The translations under genes were made by a program, and so were the position numbers. Under the pieces are notes generated by a model. It had not been told where the DNA came from. It ran no database searches and saw only the letters and a list, made by a program, of their open reading frames with translations. From positions 1 through 51,648 of the IMG/VR virus record IMGVR_UViG_3300030333_007728: a stretch of 51,648 nucleotides of DNA, one strand, 5' to 3'. Position 1 is the first letter of the stretch, and every line of letters starts with the position of its first letter. This DNA comes from a virus. Taxonomy: Duplodnaviria > Caudoviricetes. Positions 46,984 through 51,648 of this stretch are shown here, piece by piece.

Positions 46984-47736
46984 ATGATACCTCTTTTCAA
47001 GAGCCATTATTCTATTGGCAGAAGCATATTGAATCTTTCTTCAAACGAAGAATCTTCAGGCGCAGAAAACTCAATACCTCTGCTTTGTAAAAAGTCGGGA
47101 CTCAAGGACGTTTTTCTAGTAGATGATTCCATGAGCGGTTTTTTGCAAGCCTACTTAAACTGCCAAGAACTTAAGCTTAACCTGATATTTGGACTTAGGA
47201 TTACCTTATGTAGCGACATTACCAAAAAGAATGAAGAGTCTAGGTCTTCTAATAGCAAGATAGTAATCTTTTGTAAAACTAGCGAAGGCTACAGGAAGCT
47301 TGTCAAAATTTTTGGAGAGGGAGCTAAGGATGGCTTTTATTACGAGCCTAGATTAGACTTAAAGGTTCTAAAAAGACATTGGGACGATGAGCATTTAATG
47401 ATGTGCATCCCATTCTACGATTCTTTTTTGTTTAGTAATTTCTTGAATGGTGGCAATTTCGTGCCTGACTTTAGCTTCTGCCAAACTAAATTTTTTATTG
47501 AAGATAATGATTTACCGTTCGATGAGATACTTAGAGATAAAGTTGACTCATACTGCGGAAAAAGCCACAAAACAGAGTTGGTAAAAAGTATTTTTTACCC
47601 TAAAAGAGAAGATTTTATTAGTTACTTAACCTTTAAATGCATAAACAAGCGAACTACTTTAAATAAGCCTAACCTAGATCATATGTGTTCTGAAGAGTTT
47701 TGCCTTGAAAGCTGGGAGGAAGCCACAAATGGATGA
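46984..47736 (+). CDS. Stand-alone PHP domain of DNA polymerase III alpha
   Basis: PLFKSHYSIGRSIL, LVDDSMSGF, LIFGLRI, IFCK..EGYRKLVKI and DGFYYEPRLD match the DnaE N-terminal PHP domain. Most metal-binding His residues are absent. Confidence 0.8.
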   Translation: MIPLFKSHYSIGRSILNLSSNEESSGAENSIPLLCKKSGLKDVFLVDDSMSGFLQAYLNCQELKLNLIFGLRITLCSDITKKNEESRSSNSKIVIFCKTSEGYRKLVKIFGEGAKDGFYYEPRLDLKVLKRHWDDEHLMMCIPFYDSFLFSNFLNGGNFVPDFSFCQTKFFIEDNDLPFDEILRDKVDSYCGKSHKTELVKSIFYPKREDFISYLTFKCINKRTTLNKPNLDHMCSEEFCLESWEEATNG

Positions 47737-48373
47737 CCATCTTTTAAGGTACGATAAAGAAAAAGAGCTAGTTTTCATAGATTGTGAAACTATGAATCTA
47801 TGCTTAAATAGATGCAATAACTTACCATGGCAAATAGCTATGTTGAAAGTTAAAGGCGACAAAATTATTGACAGTAGAGATTTGTATATTAAATGGGATA
47901 CTGATTTAAAGATATCTAAAGAAGCGGCTGAGATAACTAGGTTTGATCCCTCTAAATTAGACAAGCTTGGTATAGAGCCTAAACAAGCTTTTGATGAAGT
48001 AAGTAATTGGCTTTCTAGCGCGGATCATGTCGTAGGACACAATCTTTTGGGATTTGACATTTATATTTTACGTATTTTGTACAAAGAGTTTGCGGGCTCT
48101 AATCTGTTGAAGCAGATCCCGAGGAAGATCATAGACACTCTTTCGATAGCTAAGGGTATCAAGTTAGGCTTACAATACAATAGAGATGATGACTTTTTAG
48201 CTTATCAATATAAAATGTACCATATCATTAAGAAGGGCCTCAAATGTAATTTAAAAGCCCTTGGCAATGAACATAAGATAGAACACGATTATGATAGATT
48301 ACATGATGCTTTAGTCGACCTAGAGCTGAACTTAAAAGTTTGGAATGTGTTTAAATGGCAAATAGACATATGA
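47729..48373 (+). CDS. DEDDh 3'-5' exonuclease (DnaQ/epsilon-like)
   Basis: Start re-called at ATG 47729. FIDCET, GHNLLGFDI, IIDTL and LHDALVDL motifs. Confidence 0.88.
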   Translation: MDDHLLRYDKEKELVFIDCETMNLCLNRCNNLPWQIAMLKVKGDKIIDSRDLYIKWDTDLKISKEAAEITRFDPSKLDKLGIEPKQAFDEVSNWLSSADHVVGHNLLGFDIYILRILYKEFAGSNLLKQIPRKIIDTLSIAKGIKLGLQYNRDDDFLAYQYKMYHIIKKGLKCNLKALGNEHKIEHDYDRLHDALVDLELNLKVWNVFKWQIDI

Positions 48374-49056
48374 ATCAAGTAATTACTTCATTTAATCAGA
48401 TAGATTATACCTTCCTAAAAGACTTTAGTAAGATTATAGTTTCTGGCCCCCAGAGATCTGGTACTAATTTAGTCTCTCAGCATATTTTCGAACAGTTTTT
48501 TGATTTTGCTGGCTGGCAGTTCGTTGATGAGCTTGAGTTTGATTTTTTCATTGAGTCTAACTTCGCTGATAAAGTCAAAGATCCTATGAAAATGGTGATA
48601 CAAGCCCCAACAATGTCTCACCTTCTACATACTTTAGATAGGCCTGATATTTTTGTGTTTTTTTGCGTTAGGCCAATAAAAGATATCCTCAGGTCAGAGG
48701 AGAAAGCGAGATGGGATGGCCAAAAATTTGAGAGGGCTAATTACAGAAGAGAAGACTTCGACTTAATGCCAATCGCTCAAGCTAAATATCACTATTGGTT
48801 TTTCGAGCAGAGGCTTAAAATGCAATGTAGCTTTGCTGAAGCTCATTTTTCGGCTTTTAGATCTAGTCAGGTCTGGTCAGATAAGGAAAAAACTGGTTTT
48901 CAGCCAGATACGAGCTGGAAGCCGGACTCAGCTAGAGATGACGGAGATAGGTGGGCCTATGTTCATGGCCCAAATGGGCCAGAGTCTATGAGGGTTGCTA
49001 AGTATTGGTTTGAAACGGAAGAGGAGATAGAGAAGTGGCGAATACAAAAGAAGTAA
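48370..49056 (+). CDS. Sulfotransferase-like P-loop protein
   Basis: IIVSGPQRSGTNL (5'-PSB-like loop) and CVRPIKDILRS (3'-PB-like R...S). Confidence 0.55.
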   Translation: MNQVITSFNQIDYTFLKDFSKIIVSGPQRSGTNLVSQHIFEQFFDFAGWQFVDELEFDFFIESNFADKVKDPMKMVIQAPTMSHLLHTLDRPDIFVFFCVRPIKDILRSEEKARWDGQKFERANYRREDFDLMPIAQAKYHYWFFEQRLKMQCSFAEAHFSAFRSSQVWSDKEKTGFQPDTSWKPDSARDDGDRWAYVHGPNGPESMRVAKYWFETEEEIEKWRIQKK

Positions 49057-51648
49057 AGAGATTTAAAAGCAATTTTAAGAAGCTAGATTTAGACATGCAT
49101 GGAGTCAGACTTCCTGACTTCGTGATTGAAGATAAATACCGTAAAGAACTCAAGGTAGGAAAAGACAAGGATAACTACTTTTTCCTGAGATGCCTCTCAT
49201 ACGCCGGATACGAGCAGAAAATAAAAGAGGGTAGGATAGACCCCAAAGACGCAGAGAAATACATTGAGAGGGCAAAATACGAGCTAGAAACGCTGTTAGA
49301 TTTAGGTTTTGTAGACTACATCCTACTTTGCTGGGACGTAATCAATTATTGTAAAGAAAATGATATACCAACAGGCTTAGGAAGAGGTTCTGCGGCTGGT
49401 AGTTTGATACTTTACTTAATCGGAGTTACGGGGATTGACCCAATAAAATACGAGCTGTTTTTCGAGAGGTTTATTTCTAAGATTCGAGCAAAGAAACAGG
49501 TCGTCGATGGGATTACGTACCTTGACGGCTCCTTGATGTGTGATATTGATTTAGATATATGCTACTATAAACGACCTCAAGTATTACAGTTTTTAGAAGA
49601 TAAGTTTAAAGGCAGAACAGCAAAAATACTTACTCTAAATACTCTTAGCGGCAAACTCTTAATGAAGGAGTGCGGTAAGGTAATTTACGATAAAAATGAG
49701 ACCGAAATGAACATGGTAAGCGGCTTGATACCTAAAGTGTTCGGAAAGGTCAGTGATATTGAAGATGCCTATGAAGAGGTGCCTGAGTTCAAAGAGTGGT
49801 GTGACGATAACCCTAAAGCTTATAAGATAGCTAAAACGCTCAGGGACTTAGTTAAAAACAAAGGAGTGCATGCGTCAGGAGTTCTATTATCATACGGCGC
49901 TTTAGAAGACTCTTGCCCTACAGAACTTTCTTCTGACAAGAATCCTGTTTCTTCTTTTGATATGGACTACGCGTCCTTGTCTAATGTAAAGCTTGATATT
50001 CTTGGGTTAAGAAGCACATCTGTTGTCGATGAGGCATGCAAGCTAGTTGGAATAAAAGTTACTGATATCGACGTTGAGAGTCCCGATATATACAGGAACC
50101 TACAAGACCTCAAATCGCCTCATGGGCTATTCCAAATTGAAGCCGATACTAACTTCAAGGTTTGCCAAAAAGTAAAGCCAAAGAATTTACAAGAGTTGAG
50201 CGCTGTTTTGGCCCTAGCTCGTCCGGGAGCATTAGCTTATGTAGATCAGTACGCTAGTTACACTAACACTGGAACTACAGATGTTATACACCAGTTCTTT
50301 GATGATATACTTTCAACTACTGGCGGCGTTTGTTTGTATCAAGAGCAGATGATGAAGATGGCTCATAAAGTTGGTTTTACGCTTGATGAAGCTGAGATAT
50401 TAAGAAGAATTGTAGGTAAGAAAAAAGTCAAAGAGGTCAAAGAATGGAAGAAGAAAATCGGTCAAAAAATTAAAGACAATAATTTAGATCCCGAGATAGG
50501 CAAAGTCCTCTGGAGCGTCTTAGAGGATTCAGCTAACTATTCTTTCAATAAATCTCATTCAATAGCTTATGCTGCTCTGTCTGCTGCCACGATCTATCTA
50601 AAGTTTAATCACCCCAAAGAATTCTTTTTGGCGTTATTGAAAATGACTCGATTTGAGCCAGACCCTATTAGCGAAATATCAAAGATTGAGAAAGAACTAA
50701 TAGATTTCAATATAAAACTCCTTCCCCCTCATATAACTAAATCAGAAATGGATTTTAGCATTGAGGGTGATGACATTAGGTTTGGCTTACTTTCTATAAA
50801 GGGGATATCAGATAAGTCAATAGAGAAGCTTTCTAACTTCAAAAGTAACTACTCTAATAAGTTCGAGATTTTCCAAGGAGCTAAAGAGTCCGGCTTGGGT
50901 ATAGGCATCTTATGCGCCTTGATTCAAGCAGGAGCTTTAGAGGGTTTTAAAGCCTCTAGAAGTAAAATCGTTTATGAAGCGCAGCTTTGGAACTTACTGA
51001 AGGATAGAGAAAAAATTTATTGTATGAAACTAGGAGAAAGCCTTGACTACGACTTGGTGGACACGGTTGTCAAGCTTTCTACTTTTCAGGACGAGAAGGG
51101 TAAGCCTGTGGTAAAAGAATCTAGAATGAAAACAATAAAAAAACATTCTGAGCCATATAAAGCTATTTACCAACAAAACAAAAAATCTGAGAGCTTTGCG
51201 AACTGGTGGTATGAGAAAAGTCTTTTAGGATATACTCACAATAGATCACTAATCGACATCTTTTCAGAAAAGCGCGCTAACCTTAGATCAATTAGACAAC
51301 TTTCCGAACTACCAGAAAGAACCAATGTAGTATTTGTTTGTTATGTAAATGATAAACCATACAAAGGCAAATCAAGAAAAGGCTCTGAATACCTTAGATT
51401 AGAAGTGGGCGATGAGACAGGTATTACAAGGGTAATGATATTCAATGACAAAATGCATCAATGCAAAGAACAAAATGATGGTTTCCCCCAAAAGGATAAT
51501 ATCATAGTTGTTAAAGGTACTACTGCCGATGATGTTGTTTTTGCCGATATGATTGCCGTTCAAAGCAATAAAATATTCACAAAATTGTCTGACCTCAAGG
51601 ATGGAGCTACGCCAGAAATAAAACCTGACAAAGAACCAATCAAGAAAG
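49035..51648 (+). CDS. dnaE: DNA polymerase III alpha catalytic subunit lacking the PHP domain (3' truncated)
   Basis: Not in the ORF track; hand-translated from GTG 49035. Motifs GFVDYIL, GRGSAAGSL..YLIGVT.IDP, LFFERF, CDIDLD, GVHASG, KLDILGL, YQEQ, YSFNKSHSIAY and IRFGL..IKGI, then an OB fold. Appears open to the window end. Confidence 0.93.
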   Translation, partial: MANTKEVKRFKSNFKKLDLDMHGVRLPDFVIEDKYRKELKVGKDKDNYFFLRCLSYAGYEQKIKEGRIDPKDAEKYIERAKYELETLLDLGFVDYILLCWDVINYCKENDIPTGLGRGSAAGSLILYLIGVTGIDPIKYELFFERFISKIRAKKQVVDGITYLDGSLMCDIDLDICYYKRPQVLQFLEDKFKGRTAKILTLNTLSGKLLMKECGKVIYDKNETEMNMVSGLIPKVFGKVSDIEDAYEEVPEFKEWCDDNPKAYKIAKTLRDLVKNKGVHASGVLLSYGALEDSCPTELSSDKNPVSSFDMDYASLSNVKLDILGLRSTSVVDEACKLVGIKVTDIDVESPDIYRNLQDLKSPHGLFQIEADTNFKVCQKVKPKNLQELSAVLALARPGALAYVDQYASYTNTGTTDVIHQFFDDILSTTGGVCLYQEQMMKMAHKVGFTLDEAEILRRIVGKKKVKEVKEWKKKIGQKIKDNNLDPEIGKVLWSVLEDSANYSFNKSHSIAYAALSAATIYLKFNHPKEFFLALLKMTRFEPDPISEISKIEKELIDFNIKLLPPHITKSEMDFSIEGDDIRFGLLSIKGISDKSIEKLSNFKSNYSNKFEIFQGAKESGLGIGILCALIQAGALEGFKASRSKIVYEAQLWNLLKDREKIYCMKLGESLDYDLVDTVVKLSTFQDEKGKPVVKESRMKTIKKHSEPYKAIYQQNKKSESFANWWYEKSLLGYTHNRSLIDIFSEKRANLRSIRQLSELPERTNVVFVCYVNDKPYKGKSRKGSEYLRLEVGDETGITRVMIFNDKMHQCKEQNDGFPQKDNIIVVKGTTADDVVFADMIAVQSNKIFTKLSDLKDGATPEIKPDKEPIKK

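Noticed and set aside
201-47964. Numerous 60-113 aa ORFs antisense or out of frame within long genes (e.g. 19673..20014, 20921..21205, 47674..47964)
   Set aside because: Shadow ORFs fully nested in well-supported genes, with no motifs or expression signals.
21250-51648. Inteins, introns or homing endonucleases in nrdA, dnaB, recA or dnaE
   Set aside because: Protein lengths are normal, motifs are contiguous, and no C...HN splice motifs or LAGLIDADG/HNH inserts were seen.
1-51648. Stop-codon reassignment
   Set aside because: Standard-code ORFs tile the window almost completely, and TAA, TGA and TAG all occur as stops at sensible gene ends.

Overview
This window is a gene-dense, AT-rich segment of a large tailed dsDNA bacteriophage in the standard genetic code. 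No tRNA, rRNA, CRISPR array or integrase was seen. Positions 1-19207 (+) hold a tail/virion module: the tape-measure C-terminus, large beta-rich tail and baseplate proteins carrying F-type-lectin-like and LamG-like domains, phoH, and two large orphans. Positions 19204-28310 (-) hold a secreted Lys/Arg-rich protein, ribonucleotide reductase nrdA/nrdB (the NrdB has the Chlamydia-type class Ic Mn/Fe signature), a holin-like protein, a GT2-TPR glycosyltransferase and a double 2OG-Fe(II) oxygenase with a PLOD/lysyl-hydroxylase-like domain. The 523-bp divergent intergenic region at 28311-28833 carries back-to-back promoters, a long, apparently pseudoknotted structured RNA candidate and a duplicated hairpin-repeat, directly upstream of a phage sigma-70-family factor. 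Positions 28834-51648 (+) hold a ~10.5-kb glycan-synthesis cluster (7 glycosyltransferases, a methyltransferase, an epimerase, gmd), then recA/uvsX-like, dimeric dUTPase, nuclease, dnaB, primase, 2OG oxygenase, a RecB/Cas4-like exonuclease, and a DNA polymerase III alpha split into separate PHP, proofreading-exonuclease and catalytic genes; the catalytic gene is missing from the ORF track because it runs off the window. Two promoter classes are readable by eye: TTGACW-N5-AAAAG-Y-N6-TANNNT and GTGTAAWTA-like. All product calls rest on motif recognition only; no database searches or folding programs were run.
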